This document shows, in pieces, positions 1-9,961 of a stretch of 64,000 nt of DNA. Source of the stretch: Spirochaetia bacterium (GTDB lineage: Bacteria; Spirochaetota; Spirochaetia; WTKD01; G963693115); contig OZ244590.1 of NCBI GenBank assembly GCA_965218205.1, positions 984,178 through 1,048,177 on the forward strand, given 5' to 3'. A model generated the notes under the pieces. The model had not been told where the DNA came from and did not search any database. It saw only the letters and a list, made by a program, of their open reading frames with translations. Both the position numbers and the translations under genes were made by a program. Each line of letters opens with the position of its first letter. Positions within the stretch are counted from its first letter, which is position 1.

Positions 1-31
1 GATATGACCTAACTATTGTTGTGTACATAGC

Positions 32-733
32 ATGAAAATCCATATTATTAGTTTGTTTCCACAACTAGTAGAACATTATTTTTCTACCTCTATTATTGGT
101 CGTGCAAAGGAAGCAAATATAATTGAGGTCAATGTTATCCATTTACGTGATTTTGCATATGATACACATAAAACATGTGATGATGAACCGTATGGAGGAG
201 GGTATGGCATGATTCTTAAAGCAGAGCCTCTTGCTGCTGCACTTGATTCAGTGTTACCCCCAAAGCAATGGTATCATAAGGATATGTCTCAACATGCTCC
301 ACTGGTGGTGTTTCCTACGCCTGTAGCTCCTCTTTTTACTCAGAGTGATGCACAATCTCTTGCATTGGAGAATGAACTTGTATTTATATGCGGAAAATAT
401 GAAGGCATTGATCAACGTATTATTGATGCATATGTAGACAAAGTTTTCTCTATTGGTGAATATGTACTTTCTTCTGGAGAGATTGCTAGTATGGTAATTC
501 TTGATGCAACCTTACGTTTAATAAAAGGAGTAATACGCGAAGAATCTGTACAAGATGAGAGTTACAGGGAAAATTTGCTAGAGTATCCACAATATACTCG
601 TCCTGCTGAATTTAAGGGACTGTCAGTGCCTGAAGTACTATTATCAGGAAATCATAAGAAAATTGCCCAGTGGCGTGAAGAACAAAAATACATACGCACT
701 AAAAAATATCGTCCCGATCTTCTTTCTTCATAA
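32..733 (+). CDS. trmD: tRNA (guanine37-N1)-methyltransferase
   Basis: 233 aa; N-terminal 'MKIHIISLFP' and the SPOUT-type TrmD signature match over the full length; length typical. Confidence 0.88.
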   Translation: MKIHIISLFPQLVEHYFSTSIIGRAKEANIIEVNVIHLRDFAYDTHKTCDDEPYGGGYGMILKAEPLAAALDSVLPPKQWYHKDMSQHAPLVVFPTPVAPLFTQSDAQSLALENELVFICGKYEGIDQRIIDAYVDKVFSIGEYVLSSGEIASMVILDATLRLIKGVIREESVQDESYRENLLEYPQYTRPAEFKGLSVPEVLLSGNHKKIAQWREEQKYIRTKKYRPDLLSS

Positions 734-812
734 TATTTAAGCATACATACTTGCATGTAATTGTGTGTTCACTGTATGTGAGACTGTGTATAGGACTGTA
801 TATAAAATAAGG

Positions 813-850
813 CTTTTTTGCTCCTTTGTCGCATTTAATCCTTGAACTCG
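813..850. repeat. Conserved 38-bp intergenic repeat, copy 1 (cttttttgctcctttgtcgcatttaatCcttgaactcg)
   Basis: Near-identical (37/38) to 13766-13804; both copies lie in noncoding DNA downstream of a + strand gene and upstream of another. Confidence 0.6.
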
Positions 851-870
851 TGATTTTCATATTCTATAGC

Positions 871-899
871 TTGATTATATTTTATATTTTATATATACT
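871..899 (+). promoter_or_regulatory. Candidate sigma70 promoter upstream of the aldehyde dehydrogenase gene
   Basis: TTGATT, a 17-nt spacer, then TATACT; followed at 962-967 by a GGAGGA RBS before ATG 974. Confidence 0.35.
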
Positions 900-973
900 A
901 GTAAACATAGTAAATTAAAATAAAGCCTTAACTAATATCTACATAATATCTATTATAGAGGAGGAATTGAAAA

Positions 974-2431
974 ATGTTTGATAAAAATAAAATAAGAAAT
1001 TTTGTTAATGGTTCTTTTATTGATGCTAGTGCATCGGATGTACATACGCTATACAGCCCTGTAGATGGGTCAATAATAGCGAAGGGGCATTATTCTTCTT
1101 CAAAAGATATTGATGATGCTGTTACCGTTGCGTCAGATGCACAAAAAAAATGGGCGCTATTAACACATAAAAAACGTGCTGAAGTAATGTATAACTATCT
1201 TTTTCTATTAAAAAAACATAGGGAAGAGCTAGCTGAAATATGTCATATTGAAAATGGAAAAACTATGGGAGAGGCACTTGCTGGTGCCGATAAGGCCATT
1301 GAGTTATGTGAGTTTGCAGCATCAATGCCACAAATAATATCTGGTGAGGTACAACAAGTGAGTAAAGGGGTAGTATGTGCTACTCATAGAGTACCGATTG
1401 GGGTTGTTGCTTCGATAACTCCATTTAATTTTCCTATTATGGTACCACATTGGACAGTGCCAAATGCCCTTGCTCTTGGCAATGCTGTTATTCTAAAGCC
1501 TTCGGAGCTTACCCCTTTGTCTGCACTAAAGAGTGCTGAATTATGGAAAGAAGCAGGGCTTCCTGATGGATTACTCAATGTTATGGTAGGAGCAAAAGAA
1601 ACAGTCGAAGCTATTTGTGATCATCCGAAAATTGATGGTGTAACATTTGTAGGATCAACTCCTATAGCAAAAATTGTGTATCAGCGTTCTTCTCAATCAC
1701 TAAAGCGAGTCATAAGCTGTGGCGGTGCAAAGAACTATATTTTACTCAGTGAGCATGCACATCCGCAGTCGGCACAAGACATTGTAGCAGCATTTTCTGG
1801 CATGTGCGGTCAACGTTGTATGGCAGCATCGGTACTTGTTACTATTGGTACACTTGATACGCAGTTGTCTGCTATTGTTTCTGCAGCAGAGAAACTTATT
1901 CCAGGAAGAGATACTGGTGCTATGATAAGTAAACAATCTATAGAGAAGGTGTCAGCGTATCTTGATGAAGCACAAAGTCTTGGAGCAAAAATACTATTGG
2001 ACGGAAGAAAGGTAAAGAGTGAAGGGCATGAGCATGGGTATTATATTGGTCCTTCTATTATTGATTGGCGGGGAAATGAAGATAAAATGCCTCTTGAAGA
2101 AATTTTTGGTCCTACTTTGGAAATACTAGAAGCAGATTCACAGGAATCAGCATGTGCAATACAGCGAAAAACACCGTATGGAAATGCAGTTTCAATATTT
2201 ACGCAAAATGGAAGAGAAGCAGTAGAAGCAGTACAGCAATGTAGTGCAGGAATGATAGGGGTAAATATTGGCATCCCTGTTCCTCGAGAACCCTTTTCTT
2301 TTGGTGGTATCAATGATTCTCGTTTTGGGCAAGGCGGTATTACAGGAAAGCCTATTGTAGATTTTCTGAGTGATGTAATAAAAGTAACTACTAAATGGAA
2401 TCCTGAAGACAAAAAAGATTGGATGAGTTAG
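974..2431 (+). CDS. mmsA: CoA-acylating methylmalonate-semialdehyde dehydrogenase (aldehyde dehydrogenase family)
   Basis: 485 aa ALDH fold; catalytic Cys in 'GQRC'; general-base region reads 'RVISCGGAKN' without the usual Glu, the pattern diagnostic of MSDH (IolA/MmsA) rather than a generic ALDH. Confidence 0.7.
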   Translation: MFDKNKIRNFVNGSFIDASASDVHTLYSPVDGSIIAKGHYSSSKDIDDAVTVASDAQKKWALLTHKKRAEVMYNYLFLLKKHREELAEICHIENGKTMGEALAGADKAIELCEFAASMPQIISGEVQQVSKGVVCATHRVPIGVVASITPFNFPIMVPHWTVPNALALGNAVILKPSELTPLSALKSAELWKEAGLPDGLLNVMVGAKETVEAICDHPKIDGVTFVGSTPIAKIVYQRSSQSLKRVISCGGAKNYILLSEHAHPQSAQDIVAAFSGMCGQRCMAASVLVTIGTLDTQLSAIVSAAEKLIPGRDTGAMISKQSIEKVSAYLDEAQSLGAKILLDGRKVKSEGHEHGYYIGPSIIDWRGNEDKMPLEEIFGPTLEILEADSQESACAIQRKTPYGNAVSIFTQNGREAVEAVQQCSAGMIGVNIGIPVPREPFSFGGINDSRFGQGGITGKPIVDFLSDVIKVTTKWNPEDKKDWMS

Positions 2432-2465
2432 AAATAAATCTATTAAAAACAATGAAGGAGAGTGT

Positions 2466-3536
2466 ATGGCATCTACATATGAACCATTGACACAAATGGT
2501 AAAAAATTTTCCAACACAGTTTTGGAATGATTCTTGTTCTTTATCTGAACTTAAGTATGCTATAGCAAGAGGAGCTACTGGAGCAACGACTAATCCAGTA
2601 ATAGTAAAGACTGTGCTTGATACTGAATTTGCTAGTTACAAAAGTGAGCTTACAAAAGCTATAAGGAATAATGCTTCTGCTACAGAGGATGATATTACAT
2701 GGCATATGATTGAGTATGCTGCAAAATTGGGAGCAAAGCAATTTGAGAAAATGTTTGATCCTCAAAAGGGAGTGGGACGTCTTTCTATACAAACTAATAC
2801 AAAGTATTATAGAAATGCTCAAAAATTAGTGGAACAGGCACTGCATTTTCATACTCTTGCTCCAAATATGCAAGTAAAATTGCCTGCTACAAACGCTGGT
2901 ATAGAAGCTATTGAGGAAGTAACTTACAGAGGAGTCAGTATAAATGCTACTGTATCTTTTACTGTTTCACAGGCTGTTGCTGTTGCTGAGGCAGTGGAAC
3001 GGGCTTTTGCACGGAGAGCACAGGAACAAAAGAGTAATAGTGAAATACATCCAGTATGTACATTGATGGTGGGAAGATTGGACGATTGGTTGAAAATAGT
3101 AGTTGCAAAGAAAAATCTTACTGTAGATCCAGAGGCACTTGAATGGTGTGGGGTGGCAGCTATGAAGCAGGCATATAAGTATTATCAAGAAAAAGGATAT
3201 GCAACAAAATTATTATCTGCAGCATATAGGAATCATCACCATTGGTCACAATTTATTGGTGGAGATGTAATTCAGACTATTCCTTGTGGATGGCAAAAGC
3301 GTTTTAATGCAAGCAAAGTGCAAGTAACAGCAAGAATGGATGATGAAGTACCACATACCTATCTTAAGCAGTTATCTGCAATTTCCGAATTTAAGAAAGC
3401 GTATACTGTAGGTGGTATAAAGAATCATAACTTTGATAGTTATGGGGCAACAGTGCGAACCCTTGTACAGTTTGCAAATGGATATGATGATTTAGTAAAG
3501 ATAATTCGAGCTCATATGTTACAAATGCCTTTTTAG
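2466..3536 (+). CDS. Transaldolase-family protein
   Basis: 356 aa; 'GATGATTNP' and the 'VKLPAT' Schiff-base lysine motif characteristic of transaldolase/FSA. Confidence 0.7.
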   Translation: MASTYEPLTQMVKNFPTQFWNDSCSLSELKYAIARGATGATTNPVIVKTVLDTEFASYKSELTKAIRNNASATEDDITWHMIEYAAKLGAKQFEKMFDPQKGVGRLSIQTNTKYYRNAQKLVEQALHFHTLAPNMQVKLPATNAGIEAIEEVTYRGVSINATVSFTVSQAVAVAEAVERAFARRAQEQKSNSEIHPVCTLMVGRLDDWLKIVVAKKNLTVDPEALEWCGVAAMKQAYKYYQEKGYATKLLSAAYRNHHHWSQFIGGDVIQTIPCGWQKRFNASKVQVTARMDDEVPHTYLKQLSAISEFKKAYTVGGIKNHNFDSYGATVRTLVQFANGYDDLVKIIRAHMLQMPF

Positions 3537-4480
3537 TGATAGTATTCGGTAGTATAGAGTATAGTTATAGTATGTTTTTGGCTAAAGAAATAAAAGAAGT
3601 AAAAATAGGAATTGCTCCTATAAATTGGTCAAATGATGATCTTCCTGAACTTGGTGGGCATATTTCCTTTGAGACATGTATTAAAGAAATGCAAGAAGCG
3701 AGGTTTGAAGGCTGTGAAGTAGGGAATAAATTTCCACGTGACCCTTATGTATTAAAAGATATGCTTGCTGAAAGAAATCTTCAAGTGTGTAATCAATGGT
3801 TTAGTTTTACTTTGAGTACAGAGCCACTTTCTATAGTGAAAGAACGGTTTATTGCGTTATTAGAATTTTTACGTGTATTTGATGTTACTGTAGTAGGAGG
3901 AGGGGAGGTTGGTACAAGTATACAAGGGAAAAATCTTCCTTTATTTGAAGCGAAGCCAAATAACTCTTTAGAACAATGGCGAGATATTACTGTAGGATTG
4001 GAAGAGTTAGGAAAAATTTCAAAAGAAGAATATGGTATATCGCTGTGTTTTCATCCTCATCTTGGTACTTGTATACAGACTATGGAAGAGATAGAGCTTT
4101 TGCTCGATAGTACAGATCCAGATATTGTGTTTATCAATTATGATTGTGGGCATATATATGCGAGTGGTGATGATCCTCTTGCCTGTTTGCAGAAAATAGG
4201 GAATCGTGTGCGTCATGTACACTTGAAAGATGTGAGAAAAAACATTCTTGATAAAGTAAAAGACGAGCATTTATCGTTTCTTGATGGAGTAAAGAGAGGA
4301 TTGTTTACTATCCCTTCTGATGGTGATATACAATGTATTCCTCAAATTATACAAGAGTTAACGAAATTACGCTATAAAGGATGGATAGTGATAGAAGCAG
4401 AGCAGGACCCTTCACTTGCTCCTCCTTTAGAGTTTGCAAAGCGTAGTCGAGAGTTTATTTATCAACACACTGGATTATAA
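3536..4480 (+). CDS. Sugar-phosphate isomerase/epimerase TIM barrel, inosose dehydratase (IolE)-like
   Basis: 'KIGIAPINWSNDDLPELGG' matches the IolE N-terminal signature; the true start is probably the internal ATG near 3572 (MFLAKEIK). Confidence 0.6.
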   Translation: MIVFGSIEYSYSMFLAKEIKEVKIGIAPINWSNDDLPELGGHISFETCIKEMQEARFEGCEVGNKFPRDPYVLKDMLAERNLQVCNQWFSFTLSTEPLSIVKERFIALLEFLRVFDVTVVGGGEVGTSIQGKNLPLFEAKPNNSLEQWRDITVGLEELGKISKEEYGISLCFHPHLGTCIQTMEEIELLLDSTDPDIVFINYDCGHIYASGDDPLACLQKIGNRVRHVHLKDVRKNILDKVKDEHLSFLDGVKRGLFTIPSDGDIQCIPQIIQELTKLRYKGWIVIEAEQDPSLAPPLEFAKRSREFIYQHTGL

Positions 4481-4564
4481 TTTATTTATCATTATTCTTT
4501 TTTCTTACTTTATCAAAATGTATGGCTCTATGTACTGGTAGCTGCGAGTGCAGTAATTTCAGGT

Positions 4565-5266
4565 ATGTCTAAAAGTGGGTTTCAAGGCATCAACCTTATT
4601 CCTTCTTTGGTACTTATGTACTTTTTTGGAGTAAAAGAGACTATTGCTTTTTCTTTGTTATTTTTTATTATTGGTGATATATATGCAGCATTTCATTATC
4701 GGAAATCTGTAGATATTTCCATTTTTGTTGTATTTATTCCATGGGCTATAGTTGGGGTAGCTATATCTGGTATATTTGGCATGTTTGTATCAGAGAAAGT
4801 ACTTACCCTTGTAATTGTAGCTATTATCATATACTTGCTTATTATCACTATTTTACAAGAATCTCGACAGAAAGAAGGTATAGTGTATACAGAATCTTCT
4901 TCTCCGTTTGTGTTGCTGTTCTATGGTGTGTTTGCTGGAGTTGCTTCTACATTGGCTAATTTTGGAGGTACGGTTATTGCTATCTACCTGCTTAAAAGAA
5001 AGCTCTTAAAACGGTATATTATTGGTACAGGAGCTTTTGTATTTCTTAGCATGAATATACTAAAAACAGGGATATTCTATTTTATGTGGGAGGCATATAC
5101 TTTAGAAACAGTATTATTGGCTATAGGGTTTTGGCCTTGGTGTATTGTAGGAGCAGTATTAGGAAGAAAAATATCAGATAAAATTCCAGAGAAATTGTAT
5201 CGTTGGGTGTTGATTACATTAATTTCTTTCTCTTGTTTGATACTGCTCTTAAAAGAATATACTTAA
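4565..5266 (+). CDS. TauE/SafE-like membrane permease; N-terminus apparently lacks an ATG
   Basis: 8-TM-like hydrophobic profile; the frame stays open back to 4481 and encodes a further TM segment 'LYVLVAASAVISG' with no in-frame ATG. This suggests a non-ATG start or a 5' truncation. Confidence 0.45.
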   Translation: MSKSGFQGINLIPSLVLMYFFGVKETIAFSLLFFIIGDIYAAFHYRKSVDISIFVVFIPWAIVGVAISGIFGMFVSEKVLTLVIVAIIIYLLIITILQESRQKEGIVYTESSSPFVLLFYGVFAGVASTLANFGGTVIAIYLLKRKLLKRYIIGTGAFVFLSMNILKTGIFYFMWEAYTLETVLLAIGFWPWCIVGAVLGRKISDKIPEKLYRWVLITLISFSCLILLLKEYT

Positions 5267-5299
5267 GCAATGCTATTTGTGATATACTTATTATAGTGA

Positions 5300-6802
5300 A
5301 TGCTAGAGCTTAGAAATATTAGTAAAACATTTCCTGGTATAAACGCATTGAGTAATGTTACGCTTACTGTTCGTAAGGCCTCTGTACATGTAGTATGTGG
5401 AGAGAATGGTGCAGGAAAATCTACTATTATGAAGATTCTGAGTGGAGTATATCGTCCTGATTCGGGAAATATATTTTTACATGGAAAAGAAATTTTTATC
5501 AGAACTCCTATAGATGCAGAGAAATATCGTATATCTATGATATTTCAAGAATTAAATTATATTCCAGAAATTACTATTGCTGAATTTTTATATCTAGGGC
5601 ATTGGCCTACAACATTTCTTAAGACTATTGATTGGAAAGCAATACAAGAGAACGCAAAACAAATTCTTAAAAATGAGCATATTCCTTTTTCTTTTGACAC
5701 TAAATTAAAAGATATTTCTATTTCTACTATTCAATTACTTGAAATAATAAAAGCTACTGTTATTGGTAATTCTGATATTATCATTATGGATGAGCCAACT
5801 TCTGCTATTACGAATAATGAGGTGGAGCTTTTGTTTAAGAAGATAGACACTCTTACATCACAAGGAAAGAGTATTATATATGTATCTCATAAGATGGAAG
5901 AAATTTTTCAAATTGCAGACGATATTAGTATATTACGAGATGGGTTTCTTGTTTCAAGTGGAAATAAAGCGAGCTTTACAATGGATAGTGTTATTACCCA
6001 TATGGTAGGACGAGAGATATCACGTGAATATCCTAAAAAAGAAGTGTTGCAAGGGGATATGCTTTTGGAAGTAAAGGATATTTCAAATGAGGCGTTTCAC
6101 TCTGTTTCTTTTTCGTTAAGAGAAGGTGAGATTATAGGCTTTGCTGGTTTGATAGGAGCAGGCAGAACAGAAGTAGCTAGAGCTCTCTTTGGGTTGGATG
6201 CATATGCTCATGGTGCTGTGTATGTGAGAAATCAGCCTGTGAGTATACGTAATCCTATTGATGCTATTGAACGAGGCATAGTTATGCTCTCTGAAGATAG
6301 AAGACGGTTTGGGCTTATTCCTATAAGAAGTGTAAAAGAGAATATCACATTGTCATCTTTACAGCAGTATATACATCATGGGAGGCTTCATAAAAAAGCA
6401 GAAGAAAAAGATGTGAATAATTTATGTGAAAAAATGAATATCAAAACCTCATCTATTGATGTAAATGTTGATGTGCTCAGTGGAGGTAATCAACAGAAAG
6501 TAGTGTTTGCAAAGTGGTTGCTACAAGATCCCAGTATTTTTATCATGGATGAACCTACAAGAGGGATAGATGTTGGTGCAAAATATGAAATGTACACATT
6601 GATGCAAGAACTAGTACAGCAGAAGAAAGGCATACTTATGATCTCTTCGGAACTTCCAGAGTTGATGGGTATGTGTGATAGAATTTATATACTTCATGAA
6701 GGAACTATCACTGGACAAATACAGAAACATGATTTTAATTCTGAAACTATTATGAAATATGCTACAGGATTGGAGAGAACTGCAGTAGAGGAATATGTAT
6801 GA
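5300..6802 (+). CDS. Sugar ABC transporter ATP-binding protein with two NBDs (RbsA/MglA type)
   Basis: 500 aa; Walker A 'GENGAGKST', 'LSGGNQQK' signature and a duplicated ATPase domain. Confidence 0.9.
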   Translation: MLELRNISKTFPGINALSNVTLTVRKASVHVVCGENGAGKSTIMKILSGVYRPDSGNIFLHGKEIFIRTPIDAEKYRISMIFQELNYIPEITIAEFLYLGHWPTTFLKTIDWKAIQENAKQILKNEHIPFSFDTKLKDISISTIQLLEIIKATVIGNSDIIIMDEPTSAITNNEVELLFKKIDTLTSQGKSIIYVSHKMEEIFQIADDISILRDGFLVSSGNKASFTMDSVITHMVGREISREYPKKEVLQGDMLLEVKDISNEAFHSVSFSLREGEIIGFAGLIGAGRTEVARALFGLDAYAHGAVYVRNQPVSIRNPIDAIERGIVMLSEDRRRFGLIPIRSVKENITLSSLQQYIHHGRLHKKAEEKDVNNLCEKMNIKTSSIDVNVDVLSGGNQQKVVFAKWLLQDPSIFIMDEPTRGIDVGAKYEMYTLMQELVQQKKGILMISSELPELMGMCDRIYILHEGTITGQIQKHDFNSETIMKYATGLERTAVEEYV

Positions 6803-7770
6803 AAAAGTTTGTTTTATATGTTCAAAAGATAAGCAGAGAGTATAGTATCTATATTGTATTATTGGTACTGTTTATACTTTGTACTTTTTTGAATGAAAAT
6901 TTTCTTACAGTAGGAAACTTAACTAATATTTCTCGTCAAATATCAGTGACAACAATATTGGCATTTGGAGCTACTATTTTAATTATTGGTGGTATGCTTG
7001 ATTTATCCTGCGGTTCTGTTCTTGCTTTGTCAGGAACTATCTCGGTATATGTGTATACACAAGGAGGAACACTGCTATCAGCGGTGTTTGTTGGGATATT
7101 GGTAGGAGTGCTGTGTAATTTTGTGAATGGTATCTTAGTACAGGTATTTCATGCTCCGCCTTTTATTGCAACACTTGCTATGCTCACTATGGCAAGAGGA
7201 GCTGCCTTACTCTTTACAAAAGGAAGAGATATATATCAAATTGGTAATTATACAGTATTAGGACAAGGAAGTATTGGAATTATTCCTATTCCTGTGATAG
7301 TCATGCTAGCTATTATGGGACTAACATGGTATATGTTATCTCATACACGGTTTGGGAGATCTCTGTATGCAATAGGAGGAAACGAAGATGCAGCAAGGGT
7401 ATCAGGTATCAATACAGGCAAAATTAAGATAATGGCATATCTTATAAATGGAGTTTTTGTTGCTATAGCTGGTATGTTATTTATGGCAAGAATAAATGTA
7501 GGAAGCCCTAATGGTGGTGTTGGCTATGAGTTTGAAGCATTGACTGCCGCTATTATTGGAGGAACAAGTTTTTCGGGAGGCATTGGGTCTGCTTCTGGAA
7601 CACTTGCAGGAGCATTTATAGTTGGATTCTTAAACAATATTATGAATTTATTAGGGATTGACTCATATTTACAGCAAACAATAAAAGGAGCAATTATCGC
7701 ATTAGCGGTGATATATGATATATATGCAAAAAATAAAAGAGTATCTAAAAAATTAGGAAAACAGGTATAA
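6799..7770 (+). CDS. Sugar ABC transporter permease (RbsC-like)
   Basis: 323 aa polytopic membrane protein; overlaps the ATPase stop by 4 nt, indicating translational coupling; RbsC/branched-chain permease family pattern. Confidence 0.85.
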   Translation: MKKFVLYVQKISREYSIYIVLLVLFILCTFLNENFLTVGNLTNISRQISVTTILAFGATILIIGGMLDLSCGSVLALSGTISVYVYTQGGTLLSAVFVGILVGVLCNFVNGILVQVFHAPPFIATLAMLTMARGAALLFTKGRDIYQIGNYTVLGQGSIGIIPIPVIVMLAIMGLTWYMLSHTRFGRSLYAIGGNEDAARVSGINTGKIKIMAYLINGVFVAIAGMLFMARINVGSPNGGVGYEFEALTAAIIGGTSFSGGIGSASGTLAGAFIVGFLNNIMNLLGIDSYLQQTIKGAIIALAVIYDIYAKNKRVSKKLGKQV

Positions 7771-7827
7771 TTATAGTAACGCTCATAAAGTAAATTAAGA
7801 ATATAATATACTATATATAGTATTTTC

Positions 7828-8886
7828 ATGTATAAGGAGGTTTATATGAAAAATATAGTTTCTATGGTAGTGATAGTAGCGGTCTTTCTGATAGTTGCTA
7901 TTAGTTCTGTATCTTGTGTTCGTAATGATGCAAAACAGAAAAAGGAAGCACAGGAAGCACAGGAAGCACAGGAATCATCTCGTCAATCTGTTAAGAGTGA
8001 TGCTATGCAAAAAACATATCGTGTAGCTTTTATTGCAAGAGCACAACAAGATTCGTTTGCCGCTTGGTTGGTTAATTCACTGGAGCGTGTTGCTAAGCAA
8101 GAATATCCTGATATAAAACTTGATATTTTTGATAGTCAAGCTGATGACGCAAAAGAGAATGCGTTTATTGAAAATGCACTTACTAATAAGTATGATTTGA
8201 TTATAGTACAGCCAAATAATACTGAAGCTCAGCGTCCCTATATTGAAAAAATTGTCGCTGCTAATATTCCTGTAATAACGACTAACCCTCGAATTGATGT
8301 TGCTGGAGCAAATACGGTGGACGCTGATCCGTATGAACAAGCTGCTATCAATGCAAGAGTGGCACTGCAGCAGATTCCTCAAAATGCCAATGTGGTCATT
8401 CTTAATGGCCCTCCAGGAAATACACATGCTATTAAAAGAAGAGAAGCGTGGCAAAGAGAGTTTTTAGACAAAAGAAATGATGTGACAATAGTAGGGGAAC
8501 AAATTGCAAATTGGAATAAAGATGAAGCCATACGATATATGGAAGATTGGGTGCAAGTAAATCCTAAAATTGACGCTGTCATTTCTATGAATGATAATAT
8601 GGCAGCAGGTGCTATTGAAGTGATAAAGGATAATAAAGCGTATGAGAATATATTAGTGTATGGAGTTGATGGAACAGTTGAGGCTGCATTGCTTATACAA
8701 GAGGGAAAGTTTACTTCTACGTCTTTACAAAATGCGTATACGTTAGCAGAAGTAAATCTTCAGGCAGCTCATGATTTATTGACAGGAAAAGTTGAAAGAT
8801 TAGACATAGATATAAAATGTCCACTATACGATAGTAGTAATGTTGATGAACTTATTCAGATACATAAAGAAGCAGGAGCTTTATAA
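7828..8886 (+). CDS. Periplasmic sugar-binding lipoprotein (RbsB-like substrate-binding protein)
   Basis: Signal peptide with lipobox 'ISSVSC'; EAQEAQEAQE linker; type-I periplasmic binding fold motifs. Confidence 0.75.
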   Translation: MYKEVYMKNIVSMVVIVAVFLIVAISSVSCVRNDAKQKKEAQEAQEAQESSRQSVKSDAMQKTYRVAFIARAQQDSFAAWLVNSLERVAKQEYPDIKLDIFDSQADDAKENAFIENALTNKYDLIIVQPNNTEAQRPYIEKIVAANIPVITTNPRIDVAGANTVDADPYEQAAINARVALQQIPQNANVVILNGPPGNTHAIKRREAWQREFLDKRNDVTIVGEQIANWNKDEAIRYMEDWVQVNPKIDAVISMNDNMAAGAIEVIKDNKAYENILVYGVDGTVEAALLIQEGKFTSTSLQNAYTLAEVNLQAAHDLLTGKVERLDIDIKCPLYDSSNVDELIQIHKEAGAL

Positions 8887-8915
8887 TATCATATTTTAAT
8901 TGCTAGGAGGAGTAT

Positions 8916-9941
8916 ATGCAATCATTAGTATTAGAAAAACAACATGTATTATCGTTGAGAGATTTTGATGTACAAGAAACGCTTGGAGCTACTGATGTAA
9001 GAATTCAGATAAAGGCCTGTGGCATATGTGGGAGCGATGTACATTATTTCAAAGAGGGAAGGATTGGTGATTTTATAGTACGAGAGCCAATGATACTTGG
9101 ACATGAGGCTTCGGGAGTGGTCATTGAAGTAGGAGAGCAGGTGCGTTCTGTAAAGGTAGGAGAGAGAGTATGCATGGAACCAGGTATACCGAATTATATG
9201 TCAACGGAATCTTTGGAAGGAAACTATAATCTTGATGATGAGGTACGTTTTTGGGCAACTCCTCCTGTGCATGGAGTGATGAGGGAGAGTGTGGTGCATC
9301 CAGAAGCATTGACCTTTAAGCTGCCCGATAATGTCAGCTTTCATGAAGGAGCAATGATTGAGCCACTTGCAGTAGGGGTTGAAGCAGCAAAAAGAGCACA
9401 TGTGTGTCCTGGCGATATAGCACTTGTTACTGGAGCTGGCCCTATTGGAATTTTAGTCGCATTGAGTGCGCTTGCAAGTGGCTGTAGTAAAGTGATCATT
9501 TCTGATCTGTCTGATATAAAACTGAACATTGCATCTCAGTTTGAAGGAATAGTAATAGCAACTCCTACTGAGCTTAGTGAGACAGTAAAGAGAGAAACAG
9601 AAGGAAAAGGAGTGGATATATTGTTTGAGGCAAGCGGTAGTACAGTACTGTTTCCTGATATATTTAGGCGGTGTAAAAAAGCATCTCGTGCAATTCTTGT
9701 GGGAATGCCAAGCTCTCCAGTATCGCTTGATGTTCCGCTTATACAAACAAGAGGGATAAAAATTGATACTGTATTTCGATATGTAAATTGTTTTAAGCGT
9801 GCGTTACAATTAGTTTCATCAAAAAAAGTACAAATAACAAGCCTTATCAGTAAAACATTTTCTTTTGCAGACTCGGTTGAGGCATATCACTTTGCTGCAG
9901 AAGGGAGAGAAGATATAGTGAAAGTGATGATAGATTTTTAA
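8916..9941 (+). CDS. Zn-dependent alcohol/polyol dehydrogenase (sorbitol dehydrogenase-like MDR)
   Basis: 'GICGSDVHY' zinc-binding motif and 'VTGAGPIG' Rossmann motif; 341 aa. Confidence 0.8.
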   Translation: MQSLVLEKQHVLSLRDFDVQETLGATDVRIQIKACGICGSDVHYFKEGRIGDFIVREPMILGHEASGVVIEVGEQVRSVKVGERVCMEPGIPNYMSTESLEGNYNLDDEVRFWATPPVHGVMRESVVHPEALTFKLPDNVSFHEGAMIEPLAVGVEAAKRAHVCPGDIALVTGAGPIGILVALSALASGCSKVIISDLSDIKLNIASQFEGIVIATPTELSETVKRETEGKGVDILFEASGSTVLFPDIFRRCKKASRAILVGMPSSPVSLDVPLIQTRGIKIDTVFRYVNCFKRALQLVSSKKVQITSLISKTFSFADSVEAYHFAAEGREDIVKVMIDF

Positions 9942-9961
9942 GAAGCGATAAAAGGAACGAT

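Noticed and set aside
4741-4959. 72-aa ORF in an alternative frame inside the TauE-like gene, and similar short antisense ORFs (1384-1578, 2041-2412, 8077-8454 and others)
   Set aside because: They lie wholly within well-supported genes, lack an RBS and encode low-complexity peptides.
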